Assembly (NCBI GenBank): GCA_040755995.1
Contig: JBFMAF010000020.1
Location: forward strand, 96,001-160,000
Direction: 5' to 3'
Length of the DNA stretch: 64,000 nt
Origin: Acidobacteriota bacterium
GTDB taxonomy: Bacteria > Acidobacteriota > CAIWXX01
Of the stretch, positions 36,900 to 45,366 are shown one piece after another. Within the stretch, counting starts at the first letter, position 1, and each line of letters begins with the position of its first letter. Both the position numbers and the translations under genes were made by a program. The notes under the pieces were generated by a model. That model had not been told where the DNA came from and did not search any database. It saw nothing but the letters and a program-made list of their open reading frames with translations.

Positions 36900-38873
36900 C
36901 TATTTCCCCGCGGGCTTCTCAGCCTTCGGGCTCTCCTTTGCGTCCCGCGCGCAACGGAAGCCGACGGCGAAGTCGAGCCAGCCGGTCTTTAGCGCGTTCC
37001 GGTAGTAGACGCGATTGCACATCTTCCCCGAGTGCCACCCGCCGCCGCGAATCACGAAAAACTTGCCGTCCGGGTTACACGGATTCGTCCCTGGAGATTT
37101 CTCGTAGTAGGCGGCGTCGTAAGCGTCGGCCACGTATTCGACCACGTTTCCGGCCATGTCACAGAGCCCGTAGCCGTTGGGCTTGAAGCTGCCGACCGGT
37201 AGCGTGCCGATCGTCTGCCGCGCGAAGTTTGCGTCTGCAGCGGTGAGCTCATCGCCATTCGGGAATGGCTTCTCCACAAGCCCTCCGCGGGCTGCGTACT
37301 CCCACTCCGCCTCCGTTGGCAGGCGCAGTCCCTGCCACTCGGCGAAGCTCTTTGCATCGTCGTAGCTGACTCCGACGATCGGATGGTTCGGGAAGTCCGG
37401 CCCGCAATGGAACCCGGCCATGCCCCAGAACACGGGGAGCTTCCTATCTGTGGCCGCGCAGAACTGGAAATACTCGGCGTTCGTCACCTCGGTCTTGTCG
37501 ATGTGAAACGAATCCAGCGTGACTTCATGAGGCGGGTTGTCGACGGGCGCGGATACTGCATCTTTCATGGAGCCGGCGGGTCTCCCCATCACGAAGGTCC
37601 CCCCGGGCACGAGCACCATCTTGCCCAGGCGCTTCTCGGACGCCATGCCATCGACGGGCAGGCCCTCGATCTCTGCGAGCAGGCCGGGGCAGCGTCGGCA
37701 CTGCGGGTACAGCTCCATTGTCTTCTTGACGCTGGCGAGCGCGGCGTCGCGGTCGCCCTTCAGCTTGTATGCCTCCGCAAGCGCCACATGGGCGAGGGCC
37801 GATTTGGGAGAGATATCGACGGTGAGCTTCAGGAGATCGATCGCCTCCTTCACCTTCGCTTCGCCCATCCACAGTCGCGCTACGGCGATAAAGCGCCCTT
37901 CGGCCGACGGCGCCTGATTCGGGCTCGCTGCGCGCAGCTTCTCAACGAGAGGCGCCGCCGCACCCGTGTCGTCCGACAACACGGCGTTCAGGATGACGTT
38001 CTCGTTCAGAAAGTCGCGCACGAGCCTGTTGAACTCTTGCGGCTGCTCCATGTGAACAAGGTGTCCGGCCTTCGACACAACCTCGCGCTGTACGTCGGGC
38101 AGCCCGGCCTCGATCGCCCCCGCATGCACGAAAACGTCGGGGATGTCGTACTCACCGATCAGGATCAGTGCCGGGGCCGAGACCTGCCCGAGGATCTTGA
38201 CAGCCTGCGTCGGATCACGCTTCTGGAACGAGTCGTTCTCCGGGGGGAAGTTCTGCGGATTCTGATCGAGAAGTCGCCGCGCCTTGTCGCGGGCGACTCG
38301 GTTCTCGGGATAGATGGCATACGGGTCCCTTTCGATGAAGTACTCGCGGAGAAGCTCGGGGGACGCTTTGATCTCCTCAGTCAGCCGCCCGCCCCTGCTG
38401 AAGAAGTGATCGCTGTAGCCCATCCCCGAGACGACGGCGCCCACGAGCACGAGCGATCTGACCTTGTCGGGGTGGGCGAGAGTGAAGTCGATGGCTAGTC
38501 TGCCACCGGCGGAGCAGCCGATCAGGTCGGCCTTGTCGACCTTGAGCTGCTGGAAGAGCGATTCGAGGTCTTCCAGGTTGGAGTACGGCTCGGTCGGTTT
38601 CGGCGACCGGCCGTAGCCGCGCCGATCGTAGCGGATCACGTGGTGGTCCTTCGACAGCTCGGTGAACTGATCGTCCCAGGTCTCGCGGTGGAGCAGCCCG
38701 TCATGGATGAGCACGATCGTGTCACCGGTGCCTGCAGATTCGCAAAAGAGCTCTCCATTGCCGGAATGGACAAACCCGGACTCGACCACGGCCTTCCCCG
38801 TCTCCGGCGCTGCGGCCAGCGCCGCAGCGGCACAGCCTAGACCGACGACCAGCACGCACGTGGGCATTCTCAT
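36900..38873 (-). CDS. Secreted alpha/beta hydrolase + TPR + FGE-sulfatase (SUMF1)-fold fusion protein
   Basis: Signal peptide, YDRRGYGRS, GCSAG nucleophile elbow, GEYD, AGHLVH; TPR; PGGTFVMG, TEVTNAEY, RLPTEAEWEYAARGG, DMAGNVVE, RGGGW..VGFRCA. Confidence 0.88.
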   Translation of the reverse strand: MRMPTCVLVVGLGCAAAALAAAPETGKAVVESGFVHSGNGELFCESAGTGDTIVLIHDGLLHRETWDDQFTELSKDHHVIRYDRRGYGRSPKPTEPYSNLEDLESLFQQLKVDKADLIGCSAGGRLAIDFTLAHPDKVRSLVLVGAVVSGMGYSDHFFSRGGRLTEEIKASPELLREYFIERDPYAIYPENRVARDKARRLLDQNPQNFPPENDSFQKRDPTQAVKILGQVSAPALILIGEYDIPDVFVHAGAIEAGLPDVQREVVSKAGHLVHMEQPQEFNRLVRDFLNENVILNAVLSDDTGAAAPLVEKLRAASPNQAPSAEGRFIAVARLWMGEAKVKEAIDLLKLTVDISPKSALAHVALAEAYKLKGDRDAALASVKKTMELYPQCRRCPGLLAEIEGLPVDGMASEKRLGKMVLVPGGTFVMGRPAGSMKDAVSAPVDNPPHEVTLDSFHIDKTEVTNAEYFQFCAATDRKLPVFWGMAGFHCGPDFPNHPIVGVSYDDAKSFAEWQGLRLPTEAEWEYAARGGLVEKPFPNGDELTAADANFARQTIGTLPVGSFKPNGYGLCDMAGNVVEYVADAYDAAYYEKSPGTNPCNPDGKFFVIRGGGWHSGKMCNRVYYRNALKTGWLDFAVGFRCARDAKESPKAEKPAGK

Positions 38874-39288
38874 GGCATCCTCCTTGGTCATGACTGGCAC
38901 CCTCGATACCACGTACTACGTCCGGGCAGTGCGGCGGTTTCGCCGGCGTGGGCCGCTCGAGCACCCCGGCTCAGGCCGTGCCGGAGAGTGCTCTACGTCG
39001 AATCTCCCGGAACCGCGATTCGGGCCCTCGGACGGATCCGGAATCCCGCCCGGCCCGCCTCGAAGCCCTCCTTGGACCGATTTTAGGAAACTTTTAGCCT
39101 TGGATTAGCGAACCTTCAGGACTGAGCGCCTCTCCTGCACTACATCCTGCGTGTGAGTGAGACGAATTCCGATTGCCGACGACAGCGTGTGAGTATCCGC
39201 GGGTCCAGGGCTGTCCAAGAGGGCGACGAACGGCTCGCGAATGGCCGATCAATCATTCGAAGGGGTAGTCCCCTTCAGGGAGTCTAAC

Positions 39289-41388
39289 ATGAGAACCAGG
39301 GTCGATTTCTTGTTTCTGTCTGGCGCGGTCACATTCCTACTCGCCCTCACACGTCCCCCACTCGTATCCGCCGGATCTGACGCGGCGCACCAGGGTCGGG
39401 GGTCCGGCCTGGTCAGGGCCGGCACCGCGGTGGCTGTGGCCGAGGCTGTCTTGGATGATCTTGTCCGGGAGGGGAAATCCGGTTGGACCGCACAGTCACG
39501 TGCCGTGGCGGCCTACCCGATCTACATCCCGGGGATCGAAGGAGTGTCCTTCCACGAGATCAAGATCACGACGGGTGGCAGAGACTCCGGGTACATCCTT
39601 GTCAACGTGAACAAGACCGATCTTCAAGTCCCTGAGCTGACATCCGAAGCGACGACGTTGCATGAGATCTACAGGGAGAAGACGGGACGCCGCGACCTGA
39701 AGATCTATCGATACGACTGGTTCAGGAGCGTTGCTGTCAGGACGTCCGGAGGCAAAGAGACGATGGTCGCCGCCATCGGCTTCTCTGGACACACAGACGT
39801 CGCACTTCTCGATGGCCCCGGCCCGGACGAACTGCGCACAAACGTGGCCGAGTACGACCAGGCATATCGAAAGGAGGCCGGGCAGAAGCGGTGCGTCCCA
39901 TACTACCTGAAGGAAGAAATCGATCTGGAATACCTCGAGATCGAGTCGGCTGCGCAGCTCGAAAGGATCGACGGCGTTTCCACCAATCGGATCAGGTCGC
40001 CCCTGTCCGGCGATACTCACACCCGCTATTTCCTGAAGTACATCATGCGTGTCGACGGTGCCCGCGCCATGTCCGGCGATTTCGATTCCGACGGCCGCAA
40101 AGACGATGTGGGCGCATTCAATCAGGACGCATGGACGTTCTCCTTCGACTACGATCACAATATGACCCAAGACGCCTCATTCACACGATGGGGGCTGGGC
40201 GACGATCGTCCGCTGGCAGGTGATTTCGACAGGGACGGCTTCGAAGACGATGTCGTGCTCTTTCGTCCGTCTAGTTGTTACTGGTACGTCGACTTGAATC
40301 GGAACGGGAACACAGACAAGACCGTGATCAGGTGGGGCAATCCCGGGGACATCCCGGTTGTCGGGGATTTCGACTCTGACGGGCACGAGGACGACCTGGG
40401 AGTGTTCCGGCCCTCGGACAGAAAATGGTACTACGACTACGATCATGACCGGACTACCAACTACATAAGTAGACCATGGGCCAACTCCGGCGACATACCG
40501 CTGGTGGGTGATTTCGATCGGGACGGGTATTTGGACGACGTGGCAGTCTTCAGATCCACCGATCGAAAGTGGTACTACGACTACAACCACAATGCGACAA
40601 CCGACGCGACGAGCGGCCCGTGGGCGGAGAACGGGGACCAGGCGCTGAGCGGCGACTTCGATGGTGACGGATTCCGTGACGACATTGCAATCTACAGACC
40701 CACTGACGCCAGCTGGTGGTACGACGACAACCGTGATTCGAGCACGGATACTAACTACGGGCCGTGGGGGGAGACAGGGAACAACTGGCATCTCCCTTCG
40801 TGGCATCAACCACAGAATGGGGATGGATACCCCGTGGGGTGTGGCAACACCGCCTGGGCAATGGTCTATGCCTACTGGAAGCACTTCAAGGGGAAGACGG
40901 CGCTCTTCAACGGAACCGACTTGACCAACCTGACCAGGGCCAGCGCCTGTGACAGCGGGATTGTCAACCAGGTGATGTGGGCACTTGCGGACTACAACGA
41001 TACGTTCTGGGGCGGGTCGGGTTCCGACAAGTGGGGCGCAACCCTGCCGGGAGACATGCCCCATGGGATCGACTATGCAAGGGCGAAAGGATACGCCAGC
41101 GCCAGCTGCGGACACTGGCAGGGGGCTGACGTGAGTAAGTGGACAGCCATTCGCGATGAGATACGGAGCGACAGGCCTGTGATCCTGTACATCACCTTGG
41201 ACCACTACATCTGCATCGAAGCTGTCCACTACATCGATCGCGGCAGAGGGAAGGAGAAGGTCTACGGCTATCTGGGCAACTGGGGCTGGGGCGAAACCGG
41301 GAGCATTACCCACAAGTGGTTCTACACTCGACCGTTATGGTGGGATCCTCACTACAACACTTACAACGCCTACTTCCCGCGAATGTAG
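39289..41388 (+). CDS. Secreted papain-fold (C10/C39-like) cysteine protease with five FG-GAP/VCBS-like repeats
   Basis: Signal peptide; prodomain with GYILVN; five 48-aa GDFDxDG..DD repeats; W-x-Q..PVGCGNTAWAM, DHY and GNWGWG catalytic-type motifs. Confidence 0.78.
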   Translation: MRTRVDFLFLSGAVTFLLALTRPPLVSAGSDAAHQGRGSGLVRAGTAVAVAEAVLDDLVREGKSGWTAQSRAVAAYPIYIPGIEGVSFHEIKITTGGRDSGYILVNVNKTDLQVPELTSEATTLHEIYREKTGRRDLKIYRYDWFRSVAVRTSGGKETMVAAIGFSGHTDVALLDGPGPDELRTNVAEYDQAYRKEAGQKRCVPYYLKEEIDLEYLEIESAAQLERIDGVSTNRIRSPLSGDTHTRYFLKYIMRVDGARAMSGDFDSDGRKDDVGAFNQDAWTFSFDYDHNMTQDASFTRWGLGDDRPLAGDFDRDGFEDDVVLFRPSSCYWYVDLNRNGNTDKTVIRWGNPGDIPVVGDFDSDGHEDDLGVFRPSDRKWYYDYDHDRTTNYISRPWANSGDIPLVGDFDRDGYLDDVAVFRSTDRKWYYDYNHNATTDATSGPWAENGDQALSGDFDGDGFRDDIAIYRPTDASWWYDDNRDSSTDTNYGPWGETGNNWHLPSWHQPQNGDGYPVGCGNTAWAMVYAYWKHFKGKTALFNGTDLTNLTRASACDSGIVNQVMWALADYNDTFWGGSGSDKWGATLPGDMPHGIDYARAKGYASASCGHWQGADVSKWTAIRDEIRSDRPVILYITLDHYICIEAVHYIDRGRGKEKVYGYLGNWGWGETGSITHKWFYTRPLWWDPHYNTYNAYFPRM
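40075..40770 (+). repeat. Five intragenic 144-bp tandem repeats (FG-GAP/VCBS-like, Ca-binding DxDxDG)
   Basis: GDF codons start at 40075, 40219, 40363, 40507 and 40651. Confidence 0.85.
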
Positions 41389-41537
41389 CCTGCAGGATGT
41401 CACTGTGCGAAGAGCAAGATCGGTCGCAAAGCGACGGCAACGGACAGGACTCGACCCGGGGGGCGATGGATTGCCGTGGGAGAGTCCGGACAGCCGAGCC
41501 GGGCGAGAAGTCAGTCAATCATTCATAGGAGCTTGAC

Positions 41538-42800
41538 ATGAGAGCAAACGTCGTTTCGCTGGTTCTGTTTCCAGCGCTGGCAATCCTGCTTGCCTTCAAC
41601 ACGCCAGAGGCGGCAGCAGTGCAGTCCGAGACCGCGCAGCAGGAGGTTATGTATTTCGATGAGAACGGAGTCGCCTACCTGCCGGGCGACCTCTATGCTA
41701 CCGACCATGTCGCAGACGGCGCGGCATACTGGAACCTGCGCTATGTGCCTGCGACGGGCGCAGGAGGGTTCACCCAGGGTTCTCCAACCAGCGAGCCCGG
41801 CCACTACAAGGAGAACCAGTTCCAGCACATCCTGACCCGGAACATCGCTGTGATGGAGACCGAGGTGAGTCGGCAGATGTGGGCTGACCTGCTGGCGAAA
41901 CAAGCCAGCCTGCCGCCCGATCCCAGCCCTTCCGCGGTGCCCACGAACCACCCCTGTCAGGCGTCATGGTGCCAGTCTGTGCTATTCGCCAATCTGCTTT
42001 CCGTTCAGCAGGGGCTCACGCGCTGCTACCACACCGATAGCACCAAGAGCACGCCAATCGATGCCACGAACTACACGGCGGGCGGCTACTACTGCGACTT
42101 CGACGCGAACGGGTATCGGATGCCGACGGAGGGAGAATGGGAGTACTTCACCAGGGCCGGGACGACGACACCCTTCTCGATCAGCGAACCGAACTACAAC
42201 GCCGCCACCATGTACAGTTGCACAGCCGGAGTGCTGCCCAACCTGGAGTCAGTCGCGGTCTACTGCGCGAACTCGGTTGCCACGATGCCCGTCGGCAGCC
42301 TGCTGCCGAATCCATGGAACCTCCGTGATGTCCATGGCAACCTCTACGAGTGGTGCTGGGACTGGGCGGATTTTTACCCTCCGGCTGGCCAGACAGACTA
42401 CGCCGGTCCTGCCACGGGAGCGGCCCGCATCGTCCGGGGCGCGGCGTACCACTCGATTCCGGTCAACTGCCGCTCAGCCACGCGCGCGGGTGGTGCACCG
42501 GGCATCGTGAGCTCATACGTGGGCTTTCGTCTGGTCAGAACCCTCGCGTCCCCGGTCATCACCATGATCAAATCGAAGAAAGCGATTCGTGGCAGTCCAG
42601 CCACGATCTTCGGAACCGGCTTCTCGGCGACCAAGAGCGGCAACGCCGTCTACTTCGGTAAGAAGAAGGCCGATCTCAAGACTGCCACGGCAACCAGGCT
42701 CCAGGTGACCATCCCGTCCAAGTGCAAGAAGGGAGTCGTGGGTGTCTATGCCACGGTCAACGGCCTCAAGAGCAATACGTTCAATTTCCAGGTGAGGTGA
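41538..42800 (+). CDS. Secreted FGE-sulfatase (SUMF1)-fold protein with C-terminal IPT/TIG domain
   Basis: Signal peptide, FTQGSP, METEVSRQMW, GYRMPTEGEWEY, DVHGNLYEWCWD, VGFRLVRT, then PVIT..IFGTGFS..VYFG..VTIP. Confidence 0.85.
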   Translation: MRANVVSLVLFPALAILLAFNTPEAAAVQSETAQQEVMYFDENGVAYLPGDLYATDHVADGAAYWNLRYVPATGAGGFTQGSPTSEPGHYKENQFQHILTRNIAVMETEVSRQMWADLLAKQASLPPDPSPSAVPTNHPCQASWCQSVLFANLLSVQQGLTRCYHTDSTKSTPIDATNYTAGGYYCDFDANGYRMPTEGEWEYFTRAGTTTPFSISEPNYNAATMYSCTAGVLPNLESVAVYCANSVATMPVGSLLPNPWNLRDVHGNLYEWCWDWADFYPPAGQTDYAGPATGAARIVRGAAYHSIPVNCRSATRAGGAPGIVSSYVGFRLVRTLASPVITMIKSKKAIRGSPATIFGTGFSATKSGNAVYFGKKKADLKTATATRLQVTIPSKCKKGVVGVYATVNGLKSNTFNFQVR

Positions 42801-44129
42801 GTGACCATCATGAATCCAGCAATCGCCCTTGCGTGTGTCTGTTTGATCGCGCTGCCGCTTGCGAGCGCCGAGGTGGCAGCGGTCTACTACGTCACCCCGG
42901 GGACGCCCACCGGCGGCGAAGACGGCTCCAAGGCCAACCCATTCCATTCCATCCAGCACGCCGTGACGGCCGCCGGCAGCACAGCCGCCACGGTTCGCGT
43001 GGCTGGAGGGGAGTACACAGAAGCCATCACGATCAGTCCCGGCATCCAGCTCTATGGGGGGTATGACCGCGCGGACTGGAAGCGGAAGTCGAGCCAGGTG
43101 TCGATTGTGCACCAGACTGGCAGCGGTGTCGATTTCAGCGGGGCCTCCGGAGACGAGTACCCTCCGATGGCGGTTCTTGACAGGTTCGAAATCCGAGGCG
43201 ATCCGGAGGTCGAGGATGCCCCTGTTGACATCGGATCGCCCCTGGGTCACTCGACGGTGCGGGCCACGGTTCGTGACTGCACGATCTACCCATCGAAAGC
43301 GCCCTTGAACCCGTCCCGCGACTCCCAGGCGATCTACGGCAGACTGTGCAACGTGAAGCTGCTTTCGAACAAGATCCTCGCGCGGGACGGCTTCATGGAG
43401 CGGGGCGAAGCGGTGGCACTGTACAGCGCCTCCGGCGAAATTCGCGGCAACCAGATCCTGCGGTTCGCCAGCCCCCTTTTCATCAGCTACCCGGGGGACG
43501 GTTCACTGAGCGTGAGCCGCAACACGCTCCTCGGGCTCGGGGGAATATCGATCTCCAACGGCGCCTCGCCGTCCATCGTGGACAACAGCGTGAAGCTCGA
43601 GCAGTACAGTGGCGGCTGCAGCTACGTCATTCACAACGACGCCTCTGTTGCAGCCTCTCATCCTGTCATCCGCGGCAATCGCTTCTTCATCGGTTGGCAG
43701 GGGCGCGGCATCTGCGAGTACGGCGACGAGGCCGATCCGGCCGAGTTGACCAAGAACCGCTACTACATGGGATCCGAGGCAACGTACGTCTATTGGGACT
43801 ACGACTCATCCGCCGACGGCAAGATCTACGACATCGACGATCTCAACAACCTCAGCGACATTCCAAAGATCGGCGGGAATACGTTGGCGCGCTGCTATTC
43901 GATCACCGGCATCGTTGATGACGCGCCCGAGGACACGGTCGTGAGAATCACAGGATCGGGAAGAACTGAGTCCATCCCAGCCGACGCACGCGGGTACTAC
44001 CAGTTCATGAATCTGCTCCCGGGCGCATACGTCGTAACGCCCGTGAGCTCTCAGGGCGAGTTCATACCATCGAGTGCGAAGGTGCAGATCGGCAAGAAGG
44101 ACATCGTTTTCAATTTCATTTCGAAATAG
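42801..44129 (+). CDS. Secreted right-handed beta-helix (pectin lyase-like/DUF1565) protein with C-terminal carboxypeptidase-regulatory-like domain
   Basis: YYVTPG..DGSKANPFHSIQHAV..VRVAGGEYTE, repeated I.GN strands, C-terminal GYYQFMNLLPGAYVVTP. Start may be ATG 42810. Confidence 0.78.
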   Translation: MTIMNPAIALACVCLIALPLASAEVAAVYYVTPGTPTGGEDGSKANPFHSIQHAVTAAGSTAATVRVAGGEYTEAITISPGIQLYGGYDRADWKRKSSQVSIVHQTGSGVDFSGASGDEYPPMAVLDRFEIRGDPEVEDAPVDIGSPLGHSTVRATVRDCTIYPSKAPLNPSRDSQAIYGRLCNVKLLSNKILARDGFMERGEAVALYSASGEIRGNQILRFASPLFISYPGDGSLSVSRNTLLGLGGISISNGASPSIVDNSVKLEQYSGGCSYVIHNDASVAASHPVIRGNRFFIGWQGRGICEYGDEADPAELTKNRYYMGSEATYVYWDYDSSADGKIYDIDDLNNLSDIPKIGGNTLARCYSITGIVDDAPEDTVVRITGSGRTESIPADARGYYQFMNLLPGAYVVTPVSSQGEFIPSSAKVQIGKKDIVFNFISK

Positions 44130-44142
44130 TGCAACGGAGGTC

Positions 44143-44628
44143 ATGATGAAAGCCATCTATCCGGCGTTACTGCTGGTCCTGGTGACATCTGCGCCTGCCT
44201 CGGCCCTGATGAGAAAGGTCAGCATCGAGGAGGTCACGGCGCACTCCTCGCAGATCGTGCTGGGGACCGTCATCGAGAAACACGCGGAATGGACACCCAC
44301 ACGATCGATTGTCACCACGGTGAAGGTGCAGGTTGAAGAGCGGATCATGGGCAGCTCCGGCGAGAGCTACGTGACGATCTCGGTGCCGGGGGGTGAAGTC
44401 GGCGAAATCGGCCTGATGGTGTCGGACATGCCGCAATTCGAGATCGGCCAGCGTGCCCTGATCTACCTCAACCGTTCGTTCCGACCGGGCCAGCACTGTG
44501 TGGCTGCCGCATTCCAGGGCAAGTACACCCTGGAGGGAGGCAGGGTTCTGGAGACAGGAGCGGCGGAACACGAGTTTGTCGAAGAGGTTCGCGTGGCCGC
44601 CAGGAACGAAATGGAGAGAAGAAAATGA
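44143..44628 (+). CDS. Secreted small beta-barrel protein resembling the N-terminal prodomain of bacterial matrixin-like proteases
   Basis: Signal peptide, SIEEV..IVLGTV..IVTTVKVQVEERIMG..VPGGEVG..PQFEIGQRALIYL; RBS GGAGG. Confidence 0.7.
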   Translation: MMKAIYPALLLVLVTSAPASALMRKVSIEEVTAHSSQIVLGTVIEKHAEWTPTRSIVTTVKVQVEERIMGSSGESYVTISVPGGEVGEIGLMVSDMPQFEIGQRALIYLNRSFRPGQHCVAAAFQGKYTLEGGRVLETGAAEHEFVEEVRVAARNEMERRK

Positions 44629-45233
44629 GCAGGCAGACTCTCTTCCTTGCTGCCGTTCTCGCGTTCGCCCTGTTCATCGCAGCCGACGCGACCGCCTACC
44701 AATACGACGGCGTCCGTTGGGACGGCACATCCGAGATCTACTACCTCCACACATCCGTCAGTGCGTGGTCATCTCCAATCAGGGCCGCAGGCGACGTCTG
44801 GACCAAGGCGGGATCGAAGTTCAGCTTCGTGTACAAGGGCACGACTGAGGCCCGCGTGAGCTGGGATGAGGATGATATCGACCACAAGAACATCGTCATG
44901 AAAGGCGTGCTGTGGGGACCGGAGTATGCCGGCATTCTCGCGCTGAACCACACGTGGTACAACACGACTACGAAGAGGATCATCGACTCCGACATCATCT
45001 TCAACACCTTGAGTTGCCACTACCTGTGGGTCACGGATGGATCCGACGACGGCTATGACGTACAGGATGTGGTGACACACGAGATGGGGCACAGCCTGCA
45101 GCTCGGGGACCTCTACTCGGCCAAGGATGCCGAGAAGACGATGTACGGCTACGCCGAGTGGGGAGAGACCAAGAAGAGAACCCTGCACGCCGACGACATC
45201 GCCGGCATCAAGGCCATCTACGGATCGAAGTAG
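44625..45233 (+). CDS. Secreted matrixin-like (M10/metzincin) metalloprotease
   Basis: Signal peptide, IIDSDIIFN, YDVQDVVTHEMGHSLQLGD, Met-turn TMYG, LHADDIAGIKAIY. Confidence 0.85.
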   Translation: MSRQTLFLAAVLAFALFIAADATAYQYDGVRWDGTSEIYYLHTSVSAWSSPIRAAGDVWTKAGSKFSFVYKGTTEARVSWDEDDIDHKNIVMKGVLWGPEYAGILALNHTWYNTTTKRIIDSDIIFNTLSCHYLWVTDGSDDGYDVQDVVTHEMGHSLQLGDLYSAKDAEKTMYGYAEWGETKKRTLHADDIAGIKAIYGSK

Positions 45234-45366
45234 TCATGCCGAGGACCAGACGCGGCGACGCGGGGAGGGGCCTCGTGCGCGTCTCCGCGTCTCATGCCAT
45301 CCGTTGCGCCACGGCTCCGGAGGTGATTTCAACCACAGGGCTGCATGCCGGTGAGCGGCTGCAGCA

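Noticed and set aside
30769..38873. Sulfatase plus its formylglycine-generating maturase
   Set aside because: The sulfatase-fold protein has Thr at the modified position and the FGE-fold domain lacks the catalytic cysteine pair.
40075..40770. CRISPR-like periodic repeats
   Set aside because: The period is 144 bp, in frame and degenerate at synonymous sites, so these are protein repeats.
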